Below are positions 38,901-50,941 of a DNA stretch of 64,000 nt, one piece after another. The DNA is taken from the NCBI GenBank assembly GCA_964016885.1, contig CAXHJY010001517.1, forward strand, positions 18,645-82,644. The letters are read 5' to 3'. A program made the translations under genes and the position numbers. Positions within the stretch are counted from its first letter, which is position 1. Each line of letters begins with the position of its first letter. Source of the stretch: Eledone cirrhosa. Its lineage: Eukaryota. The notes under the pieces are model-generated. The model searched no databases, was not told the DNA's origin, and saw only the letters and a list, made by a program, of their open reading frames with translations.

Positions 38901-40325
38901 TATATTTTTAAATAATTGTTATACTACTCCTTATACAACATTGATTTGGTAACAAGGGTATTTGATCTGTCTTTATCCAACCCCTCTACCATCACCGATT
39001 ATTTTTATTACACCCATTGTCATTAACACACTAGCTCTCCATCTCCTCCCACATCAGCTCAGTCCCTATTCACATATTCTCTTTCTCTCATACACTTTCC
39101 CTACTTTGACATTTACTACTTATTTACCATTTCTAGCTATCACATTCAATATCATCACCTACTGCTAACCCTTGTTTTCCCAACCCCTATAACACTCTTA
39201 CTTGTCATCTATCTCTTTTACCACCACTCTTCATTTCCTAACCATCACTCATTCTTTCCTTCCATGACACATACTTATTCTCTTAAATCCCAACTTCCAT
39301 ATTTGCTTTGAAAGAAGAGAGACTATTTAGAATATAGAAAATCCTTAGCCTTATAGTGGATAATACAATGTCTTTCATGTTGGAGCCTCGGTAAAATGCA
39401 GACTGTAAAGTGGTTGGCAATCAGACACAACAAAGTAAAAGAGCTATTTAGTCATTTCTAGGACATAAGCTCTTTATTACTGGTGTCACAATAAACACAC
39501 CCAGTACATTTTGTAAAATGATTGGTTTTAGTAAGAGTATCAAAGGAATGGTCCTTCAAACTATCAAAGAGGGTAGTGACTCTGAACGAAGGAGCCTCTG
39601 CGTGGCTGGTTGACCTGCTAGAAATAACTAAATTTCCTTTAAATCACATCACATTGTCTTAATAAGAACACATTAAACATTGTAATAGTTCTTGATTTAT
39701 TAAAAGACAGAAGAGTCGTAGTTGGAATGCCATTGACAACAAGTCTGCTCAATTAGGGTCAACCTGGTGTTAACGGAACACACATACATATATCATCATC
39801 GTTTTAATGTGAACTTTTCCATGCTGGCAATGTTTTGCACCCAGATGCCATTCCTGACACTAATCCTTTTAGCTGCTTCTTACAACAGGCAGAGATAAAG
39901 TGTACATATTCTAAAAAAAAACAGGGTTCACATTGGATCATCATCACCATTTAACATCCATTTTCTATGCATGCATGGGTTAGACATGTCGCCTGCGTCG
40001 AGAGACAAGTCTGGTCAAAATTGGCCACACCATACCTTGCTCTGACAGGACTAAATTTGGCCGGGGATTTTACAACTGGATGCCCTTTCAAACATCAATC
40101 ACATTTACAATGTCAAACTAGATGGCACCATTATGAGGAGGGACAGGCCAGTCTATATACATATATATATAAATCTTTTCCTACTATATCAAGCATAAAA
40201 CTAATATATTTTTCTGTGTACTATGTCGTTTACTTTGTTATTTCTGTTTGCTTATTGAATATATATTGGGCACTCTTTCAGTTGATGTTTGACTATTTTT
40301 ATATTTGATTATATATAAAACACAC

Positions 40326-40513
40326 GCGGTGGATTGGCAGTATCGGTAGAGGGTCTGACGCCATGCTTTGCAGCAAAGAGTTACGGCTCTTTATGATCTG
40401 AGTTCAAATCCCGCCAAGGTTAACTTTGCCTTTCATCCTTACGGCGTCGATAAAATAAAGTACCAATAATGTATTGGGTAATTGCTGGCCTGGTGCCAAA
40501 AGTAGAAACAATT
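40326..40513 (+). mobile_element. Full-length MetaSINE-like element with 17-bp TSD
   Basis: ttatatataaaacacac on both sides; A and B boxes intact. Confidence 0.85.
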
Positions 40514-41333
40514 ATATATAAAACACACCTATTAATGCAAAATAATCATTATAAACCTTTTATGTAGTTATTTTTTAAAATAATTTTGGTTCTCTTACAT
40601 GACAGAATAAATAAATTTGTAAAGAAAATTTAGAAGCCTATGTAATTTATTTTATCATCATTTAACATGCATTCTCCCTGCTAGCAAGGGTTGGACAGGT
40701 CATCATAGACCTAGTCTGTACTCAAGCGGTGTTACTGACCACTCAGACTGACCGGGGAAGTGGGGGGGGGGGGGCACATGTTAATAAAAAAAATTGTCAT
40801 AATTGTTTGAGAAATGTAATGACTTCTGTTTATTCAACCAAACCTTATTCTATAAGCGACATGTATGCTAGGACAACTCATTTGATTCGAGACATACCTG
40901 AAAATCAGCTGTAAAATGTATTGGTAGAAACTCAGAACCGCATCACGGTTCAGTATATGTAATGACAACAGTAGACATATTGAAAAGTAACTCAAGAATA
41001 AATCTGAATTTAAAATATAATAAATTATTTAATTTATTCTTTTCACAGATTAACATTACAATAAACAGCAAAAGTAATACAAATATAAAATTACACAAGG
41101 ACTTTATAATGACATATGTGCGTATATGTCATTGGAATGTTGAAGAGTGTAGTGTTTAGTCAATTTATTTGTTAACCAATTAATCTATTTCCTTAAGGTC
41201 TTGCCTGGAACTGTTAGACTTGTTGGCTCACACACTCCCATTCTTACTAACTTAAAATTAATAACCAGTGTGATTGTGTGTGAATGAGATGTCCACATTA
41301 GTCACTGCTCAGAAATTGACTATTATTTTGTTA

Positions 41334-41524
41334 TTGGCAGTATTGGATTGGCAGTATCAGTAGAGGGTCGGACACCATGCTTTGCAGCATAGTTACGTCC
41401 CTTTACGATCTGAGTTCAAATCCCGCCGAGGTTAACTTTGCCTTTCATCCTTACGGGGTCGATAAAATAAAGTACCAGTAATGCACTGGGTATTGCTGGC
41501 CTTGTGCCTAAAGTAGAAACAATT
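41334..41524 (+). mobile_element. MetaSINE-like element with TSD
   Basis: attattttgtta on both sides; short duplication of the 5' ttggcagtat. Confidence 0.85.
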
Positions 41525-41869
41525 ATTTTGTTAATAATTACGTGATCCAATCTGTGGCAGATTTGAAAGAATGTAACGTTTAATAAAGTTAAAATTCGTA
41601 AAACAAAACAAAATATTTTATCTTTAGGGTAAATAGTTTTTGAAATACATGTGTAGCACCAAAAAAGATAACAACAACCCGTTGCATAATCACATTATTA
41701 TTAGCTTGCCGACAATATTAAAGCAATAAAACAATAGCGTAACATTCCTTCAGATATTCAATGAAAAAGAGTAGAGAGAAAAATAAGAGCGAGCGAGAGG
41801 TTCAAATGCTTTGGCAATTGTATTAATAAAATATCTATGTTCACTAAACTGGAGATGCACCCTAGTTAC

Positions 41870-42365
41870 CTGTAAAAATAATACCTTGGTTATTGACCGG
41901 GTGACGGAAAAAAATATCACATTTTATTAAAAAAACCATAAAGAATCCTTAAAATTAGAATGAGGGTATATGTGTTATTGTTTAAACCGCAGATCAGTCC
42001 TGCTCGAGTAGACCTGTGATTCCAGCCGTGACTACCACATCTTTTTTTATGTGCAGGGAGCCCAGAACCACGCTATGCAATGCGTTGTTTTCTAAGACGG
42101 CAATGTGTGTTTTGGGGGAGATTTGGTTGCTATCTCAAGCAGATCGAGTAACAACAGGTTCCTTTACTGGCTCATATGTGTACGTTCTTAATTTTTTTTC
42201 TTTTTAAAACTTGACTTTTTTCTCGTTAGTCCCGGGCCAGCGAAATTCAGGAAAACAAATGTTTATGTGAGTTTGTGCTGTAACTAGTTTTTTCCTGTGA
42301 CTTTTTTTTATCCCTGGGTTTCGCTGACCTGGGACGAAACAACGCCATGTTACGTAACTGCTACA
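41870..42365 (-). promoter_or_regulatory. Candidate promoter/5' end of the minus-strand gene
   Basis: YY1-type CGCCATGTT overlapping the palindrome GTTACGTAAC at ~42343-42358, a local rise in CpG, and a possible donor cag|gtaact near 41869. No transcript evidence. Confidence 0.3.
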
Positions 42366-45300
42366 CAATAATATATTTTACTTATTGCACTAGACTACAC
42401 TATTCAATAATGACTAAGAATATTTCTGATTACTCATTTCTTTTCTACGCTTAGCAAATATTAATAAATATGAAATTTATATAATAAAGGCGTAAAAAGG
42501 TCTGAATGACAATATGTGCGATTTCAACGTGTAGTGACAACTCTAATAAACAAATAAAACAGATATTTATCATTAAAGGCATTACTCAAGAGGAATATAG
42601 AAAAAAAAGAAACTGTGTGAGGAACGGTGACTAAATCAACTGATGATAGGCAACCAGGGCAGGAAGTAAAAACATAACTGGGATCAAGATATTGTGATTT
42701 GAGTTTAGCACTATAGTTAGTGGAGCAATTTTATATTACTGGGAAAAAATCCAACTGGGTGTATTAACTGACAACATTAAAGCAATCGGTTGGCGATATT
42801 CGGGCGTTATGTGGCAAAAAGATAAATTTCATAATCATTATCTCTTTTTCTAATGACATGCGAGAATAGCAAAAATAATAATAATATATAATAAATAAAT
42901 GTCTATTTTGACATTTTGAAATGTGTGTTTGAAATGAACACGTGTCGGCAATTAACGAGAGTAAACATATCAATGTTATCTCCGTCACAGATGCTGGAAA
43001 AAAATATATTCAATATTTAAAAAATGAAGAAAGGTTAAACCAATTATATATATGTGAAATAATGCTTTTTAGGCAAGAATTGTGGTTCTGATACTAGCCA
43101 AATGCATAACATAAAAGAAAGGATACAATCAAACACTTCTCGTCGTCGGCTAGTAATTTTTTCACCAAAGGTATTGCCTCCATTATACCTGTTGAGTAAA
43201 TCCAAAGCAGGCCTTAGCAAGAACACGTAGAAAAAATGGGATTTCCAAACTGAATTCCAGTTGAATATCGTTTATAATGAAAACATCCAGTAGACACAAA
43301 TAGAATATTCTTTGTATAGGACAATAGAAATGGTCCGACTGGGTTACTCCGTTTGAATGGCAGCTTCCAGGGACATCCAAAGCAGTAGATAAATTGAACA
43401 GAACAAACTAAATCGTTTACATTTCATTAAAATAATTCATTATTTTTTTGTTCCTTGTGGTAAAAAAAAGGAAACCAGAACTGTATATCTGTATTCATTT
43501 CCAGTCAGAAGAGAAGACATTCCTCTTGTATTCTACACCGAACACTTCCACTCGCCTAATGTGTCCCATTTATATGACTGAAAAGTAACTTAAAGGATTT
43601 CTTAAGATACTTATGTGTGTAATATTTGAAAAAAAATACTGAATTTACTGCAGCCAGAAGTAATAAATGTATCCTGTCATTTCTCCATGCATTATTCGCA
43701 CCTCTGCCAATGTTTATACGGAAAGCACATAGAGAAAGTGATGCTAAAAATGTGTGTATGGATAATGACTCAATGCTTCTTTCTTACGAGTACAGTCAAA
43801 TCTCAGTATCGATATCTATTTGATGTTAGACTAGCTTATGCAATTTGCACCTTAACTGCACAATTCCGGTCATCAAAACAACCAACAGGTTCTTGCATTC
43901 GAAGCGTTATAATTTCATACAAGTCAGTTTCGCTAGCCTTCTTATTTAACGTTATTGAGTAACACGAGGAATTTGGAATGATTGTAGTTGAGAAAGAGAT
44001 GACGCTGAAATAATTAGTTATCACATAAACAGCTAGTCAAAACATCAGTTTGAAAATCCAATATAATGTTGTTGGTTTGTGTAGTGTACAGATGCAGGAC
44101 CGACATTATGAATACAACAGAGCTAATAGATTTAGTTGCGTATTCAAACTTGAGAGAAAATATTTTTGAGGACAGGACGAAAGTTTTTCTTTTTTCTTTT
44201 TAGTTATTAGCAAACGCTTGTTAAACAAATCTATTTGTAAAATTTTTGTATAGTATAACTAAATAAGTTCGATTTATATATTTATTAAAAGTTAATATTT
44301 TTCAAGAAATTATAATCGAAATATAAATTAGTATATATTTTCACAATATAGATTAAATTAAAAAAAATGCATATTTTCTAATTTAGGCACACGGCCAGAA
44401 AATTAACGGGAAAAAAGAAAATCGATTAAATCGACCTCAATATTTAAGCGGTACTATATTTTTTCGGCCCTGATATGATGAAAGGCGAAGATGACCTCGA
44501 TCCGATTTAAACTCAGCACGTAAAGAGGTGGAACAAACAATTCTGTCAACCCACCATCCCCAGTAAAACATGCCTAATGAGTTTAGGAAACGTATGAATG
44601 CGATAACGTCATATTTTCTATGTAGGTAATTTGTAATAAGTACTCTCCAATTGTATGGCCATGGGTATTATTCAAGTACAGAATATTAATTGCTCAAGTC
44701 CAAGGTTTATTAGTTTATAGGTGAGATTAATAAGAATGCATACCCTCATCAAGGGCTTTATCAGTTTCTATTAGATCTATTATAGAATGTTAGTATTGAT
44801 AATCTGCTTAGAATCGAAACAATTTCATCTAATTCTTTGGTAATAAAATATTCTAATTTCAAAATCCGCAATTTGTTTCATTTAAAAGAGAGAGAAAAAA
44901 TACTGTTTCGGGGTTATTTTCACTTTCGAAGCAATAAGATCTTTTGCATTTTCTTTCATATCCATTTGTCAATGTTGTCTGCCTAAATATTGTGTAGATT
45001 TACCTGTTTTTATTATCGAGTTCATTTTCATCAAATTTTAAAACAAAATTGCCAATGAGACATTACATGGAACCGAAGACTAGTGATGATGCAATGTCTC
45101 ATTAATATGGGTCGTTTTAAAGGGCATTGGGTTGGCAGAATTGGTAGAGCCTCGTTTAAACTACCTTTGCCGTGTTTGTTCTGGCTGTTTACATTCTGAG
45201 TTCAAAGAGTACCAAGGTAAACTTTGCCTTTCATCCTTCTGAGGTCGATAACATAAAGTACCGGTTAAGTACTGAAATTGATTTAATCAGCTTTGCTTTC

Positions 45301-46466
45301 CCCCAAAATTTATGGGATGTTTCCAATTTCGTAAGAAAATGTATTATTGAATAACTTTTTATTCTTTTCAAACAAGTCTTTCTTGAAAAACTAATATCTT
45401 TTTACATAAATAACAAGGTTGTTTTTTTTTTGTTTAACAGTAAATATTTTGAAAATTTCTTACTTTAATATTAAAAGTGAATGCGGCTGTCAATGATAAA
45501 ATACGAAACTAAAACATATATATTAGAAGGAATGGTAAAGAGAGACGTTGCCAAGGTAACAGCAATGTGCGATGAGTTTATTGTGTACACACTGACAGCC
45601 AACAGAATACAATTATTAGTAGATTTTGTTTCTAATGAGATGAAAAGCTATCCGAAAATCATTATACAATTAGCGAACACATGAACAGCAGCTTGTATTG
45701 GAAGAAAGGAAAGTAGCAATATTTGACGCTGGTAAGTTACATTGACAATATTTAATAGTGTGTGATAAAATAAATAGTTTTTAGGTTAGTGACTGTTTGT
45801 ATATTTGTTTGTTGTGTTTAATATTAATTTGAATTTAAGATTTTTTTTTAATACTTTCTCACATAAATTATTTATATGTGACAAATTTAATTGAAGCTTT
45901 TGAAAGGCACAATAACGCATCTTTCACACAACCTAGTAACTAGGAAGACTATCTGGTGGTGGTTCGACCTGTAGAAAAAGCAGCCAAACCTGCTTCAAAT
46001 ATTTGTCTTAAAGTGAAAAGGCACATATTCAAATAAGTCCTAAATATACTGTCTAAAACATTTGACGGGGTAGTCACGGTTAGAATGTTTTGATAATATG
46101 TCTGTTCTGTCAAGGGTGTTTTGGGACTAAACTACAGCAATAAATTAATGGTTTTAATATTTCTCATTTACAGTAGTGTGGTGCTGTTTAATTTATCGAA
46201 ATCAAATGCAAACAGTGAAACGTTGTTTATAATGAGAAACATTCTTTCAATACCAGGTAGTTATTATATAAAATGTGATTAGATCGAGGGAAAAACAATT
46301 ACATATATATTTTTTTAATTTATTGAACACGATATTAATAAACATATCTTAGTAGTCTTTACATATTTAAGAATAAGGATTAACAAGGATTTAAATTAAA
46401 TCATTTAACTGTTTGACGATTGTTTCGTTGAAATAACTGGAATATTCAAAAACGTATCTTATCAGA

Positions 46467-46500
<34 letters not shown>

Positions 46501-47164
46501 GAATATGTGTGTGTATGTGAAACTAATAAAAATAACAAATTGGAGTCTCAATTTTCTAATTTAAGAATAGGAAGCATACTGCTAATCTCAACTGAAACAA
46601 ACTTATCTTCTCAAAAGAAATGATAGCCAGAAAAGTTTATTGAAAACTGTCAAGAGATATTTGAAACCAGAATGTAATCGTACGAAATAGCTTGGCAGTT
46701 TAGCAACATAATTCAATGAGAAATTGTAGAAACTGAATTTCATAGCGGCGATAACACGGAAAGTTCATTTAAGATATAGAGCGAAATGCAAAATCCACCA
46801 GCAGACAATTATATAAAAGAGTATATAGAAATAAAAATTAACATTTATGTCTGGGATATAAATATTTGTTTACATTTTCGCATACATCTAAACGATATTC
46901 TTAATGGACGCGCTTACAATATTTGAATATAACAAAACCGTCGTGTCATTTAATTTGAAAAGTGGAGTAAAGTAAAAGGAGAATAGTGAATTTGGAGTGT
47001 CAATCCCTTGTGTCTTTTTCAATACCAGACTTACAGTTTTCCAGGATTTATAGACTCATTCTTTCAAAAGGATGGAGGTGTTTTATCTCCCCATGAAACT
47101 GATATGTAAATGGTATTTCATACATACGTGTACCGAAATAAGAAAATATAATGTCAATTATTTT

Positions 47165-48490
47165 ATGGTCATGCGCCGAGTGACCAGGAGACCCGCATGG
47201 TTAAAGGATTTCATTACTTCCTATCAGCCTTCATGCTCCCGTTCCCAACACCCCCTTTTCATTCCAAGGGAGTTAAATTGCATCCCCTACCACTCCCCTC
47301 CCACCCCATCGCCGGATTCTGTTGAAATTAGTTCTACTCATCCTGTCATCCACCCTACCAGTCCCGTAAAAGCTAGTTTGCCTCCAACGTCATCTTCTCC
47401 CCAACCGAGTCCCACTGACAGGGGCAACGCTGATCATCCGGTCGCTCCTACTACCTCCACCGTCTTACCCCTATCTGAACCCTAATTCTAATGTTGACTC
47501 CTCAGCTGTTGCCAATTCACCACCAAACTGCGCCCTCTGCTCCTGAACCAGTCGTTACCTAAAGACAATTGCATGTTACTCCTGCCGTCAAAATTATCAC
47601 AGGAGCTTCATTGGCATTACTAAGGTTCAAGCTGACAGTTTCTCAAACTTGACGTGTAACCAATGTCACTTCAGGTCTGAACCTAACTCTGACGTTCAGA
47701 TCTCTGTTGAGGACTTTTTAACTCTAACCCTAACCCTCTGGGACTTGTCGAAGTTGAAACTCATCAACAGGATCCCAAAGGGAGCTCGGTCCAGTTTTGC
47801 CCGTGCTCTCTCCAAGCTGCTGAAGAACATTTGCCTATCCAACAACATCTTGGATTGGCAGAAACTATTCTTGTTCCCTTTAGTCTCTCTCCACGTGTCC
47901 AATGTGAAATTCAGATCCCTTGCATCCTCCCTAAAACAGCAGTTTGAGTTGTTTGATTCAACTCCAATTACTGTTCATCTCAGGTCGGCAATCAACTTAG
48001 TTCCCACAAATGGTTGATCGCCAATCTTAAAGAAGGCTGTCAATGCTAAATTCAATGAATTTGACATTAAAGGGGCTGTTCGCCTCCTCTCTTCTCTGTC
48101 ATCTCTTGCCCAGTGCACTACAGAGTCACTCAACCGACTGAGAGTGAAATATCCTCTGGCTACTCCAGATGACCTCCAGGTCATTTGCAACCTGGTTTCA
48201 CCCCAGCTATTGTCAGGAGGGCAATAATATCCTTTCCGGCGGGTTCTGGTGCTGGGATTGATGGCCTTCGAACTCAGCACCTCAAGGATGGTGTCTCCTT
48301 GTCAGCTGGAGATGCTAGCCTTGAGCTCTTAGAGAACCTCACCCATTTCACCAACCTGTTCTCTTCCAAGAATGTCCTCTCTTATATCCGTCCCTTGTTC
48401 TTTGGAGCTAAACTGTTTGGTCCCACAGAGCCCAATAGTGACCTCTGCCCCATAGCAGTTGGGTGCACTCTGCGATGTCTGTCTTCGATT
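47165..48490 (+). mobile_element. Decayed 5' part of a CRE-clade-like non-LTR retrotransposon (N-terminal PHD, start of RT)
   Basis: RIPKGAR...DWQKLFLF, AVNAKFNEFDIKGAVRLLSS, RRAIISFPAGSGAGIDGLRTQHLKD, FFGAKL and PIAVGCTLR across frameshifts. Truncated by a MITE near 48515. Confidence 0.75.
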
Positions 48491-49021
48491 TCAGACAGCC
48501 TGTCCACCAAATTTTTTCATTAACATATTTCTAATGAAAGACTGCTTATAATTTTAAGATAATTTTGAAAGTAATCAAGAATTTATAAGGATTTAGTAAT
48601 ATAACTATCTCATTATAAAGCTGGGGTTTAGAACACAACAAAGTTCTTACATGAAGTTATGATGGAAAGTTTTTAGAAAAATATAAACTCTTGATAATTT
48701 TATGTAAGACCATTTGTAAGACCATTATATTTTAATCACCATCTTAATAAGAATAAAGTTAGTTATTTTACTAAATCCTTTCAATTTTTGTTATCATTTT
48801 CGAAATGATTTGAAAATAATAGGCATAGACAGTGGATTTCCTTAGAAATATGGCAGTGAATGTGTTAAAGAAATCAACATAATTATTTGGTGACTAGTGG
48901 AACAGTGCCGCCAATAATGACAGCAATAGTGTTGAATGTATTTCATTTTTGGAATCCAGAATTAATATGCTATATATATACCAAGATTACTTGATATATG
49001 AATAACCATACAAACTTAAAT

Positions 49022-49206
49022 TAATTGTTTCTACTTTTGGCACAAAGCCAGCAATTATCCTTGTATTACTGGTACTTTATTTGATTGACCCCGTAAGGAT
49101 GAAAGGCAAAGTTAACCTCGGCGGGATTTGAACTCAGACCATAAAAGGCCGTAACTCTTTGCTGCAAAACATGGCGTCCGACCCTCTACCGATACTGCCA
49201 ATCCAC
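49022..49206 (-). mobile_element. MetaSINE-like element with TSD
   Basis: cttaaattaat on both sides. Confidence 0.85.
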
Positions 49207-49448
49207 TCTTAAATTAATGATATGTATAAGAGTGCCCTATAGTTTATGTTAATTACTGACACATAGCAGTGATTAAAGATAATGTTTTAAAATTTTATTT
49301 CTAGGATATGATTACATGAATACTCAGCATATATGTACAAATGACAGGATTAAATCTAGGACTGTGATTAAAAAGTGAACATGAGATAGGAAATGCATTG
49401 TGTGTGTGTAAATTGTAGAGTTACAGGCGTATATATAAACATATATAT

Positions 49449-50941
49449 ATCATCATCTTCGTTTAACGTCCATCTTCCACGCTAGCATGGGTTAGACGAG
49501 AGTTGTCCCACTTGAGGCAGGGTTGGTTGGGTGACCGTGTCTTGCTCATATAGGACTATCTGGCAGGTTTTCTACGGCTGGATGCCCTTCCTAATACCAA
49601 CCACATGTACAGTGTGGAACTGGGAACTTTTTACCGTGTTACCTACACGGCCACATTAAAGCGTGGACTGTGTTTTTTTGTCGTGACACCTACACAATCT
49701 CGATCTCATTATCTCATTTATTTGGACTGGATGTTGTGGTACCAACTTTACAGAGAGAGGGTGGTGGGAGTGGGAGGATAGGGTAGGGGTAGTGGATTGG
49801 GCTGTATATTTGGTTAAGAGGTGCCTACTGACTGTAGGTTTCGCTTTGTACACAGGCAAGGCGGGTCTTCTGTATTACTGCGTAGCGCAAAAGGTCTCGG
49901 TTCAGTGACATTGTCTTAGAGAGGTGCAAGTGTGTAAGGTCGAAATTTATCAAATCGTCCCAGGTTTTCTGGGTCTACCTACTCTGTAACTACCATCAAT
50001 TTTGATCGCCCTGCACTTTTTTATACAGCTGACGTCTTTCATGTGCATCACGTGACCATACCAACATAGTCTTCTCTCGAGTAAACAGCATATGATCCCT
50101 CTTATTCCTAATTTCTCACTTAGTTCATTTATGCTTTGCCGTTCACGTATATTACTATTACACATCCAACGGAGCATGCATGCTTCGTTCCTTTCCAGTC
50201 TGCACAGGTCCTCTTCACGTAATGCCCATGTCTCACTGCCATGTAGCATTTCTGTTTGTATACAGGCATCATACAATCTGCCTTTCATTTTGAGAGAGAA
50301 ACCTTTTGTGGCCAACAGCGGTATAAACTCTCTGAACTTTTTCCATCCCGTTCTGACTCTGGCTACTGTACTTTCAGAACACCCGCCACTGCTGCTGATT
50401 TCGTCACCCAGGTAACGGAAAGTGTCTACTATTTCTATAGAACCATCTGGGCAATAGAAGGAGCTAGTATCCTTTGGACACTTGCTACTTATTGCACCTG
50501 AGCATCGGCCACATATAAAGTCTATGTTCTTAGATAGTTTACCTGTGATCCCACTACATCTTTTATGTACCCATACTTTGCATTTGAGACATAAAATGGA
50601 ATTTCTGCCTACTCCTTTCCTACACACTGAGCATGGCCATTTCCCTGGGGACACCTGTGCCCTATTTTCCTTTCTACAAAATAGAACTTTAGTATTAGAC
50701 AAGTTAACTTTAAGGCCTTTTGATTCTAGGCCATGCTTCCATGTTTGGAATTTCTTCTCTAGTTCAGCCATTGATTCAGCTATGAGCGTTAGATCATCTG
50801 CGTATAGGAGTTCCCATGGGCAGCCGGTCTTGAACTCCTCTGTTATAGCCTGAAGGGCAATAATAAATAGGAGGGGGCTAAGGACAGAGCCTTGATGAAC
50901 ACCAACTTTTACACTAAATTTTTCACAATATTCATTGTTAA
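49449..50941 (-). mobile_element. RTE LINE 3' half with PHD-containing RT, closely related to 7067-8630
   Basis: ORF 49950-50771 plus upstream GVHQGSVLSP/LYADDL. The 3' UTR and tail are at 49449, and the 5' break abuts the tandem array. Confidence 0.95.

Noticed and set aside
40326-40420. tRNA gene (A and B boxes)
   Set aside because: It is the head of a multi-copy SINE with TSDs. No cloverleaf or terminator is evident.
45481-45731. 67-aa plus-strand ORF with a downstream gtaagt donor
   Set aside because: No recognisable homology, a stop before the donor, and no partner exon found.
47722-47737. Telomeric CTAACCCTAACCCT in the CRE-like element
   Set aside because: Only about two units, lying within the coding frame (LTLTLTL). 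Insufficient evidence for a telomeric target site.
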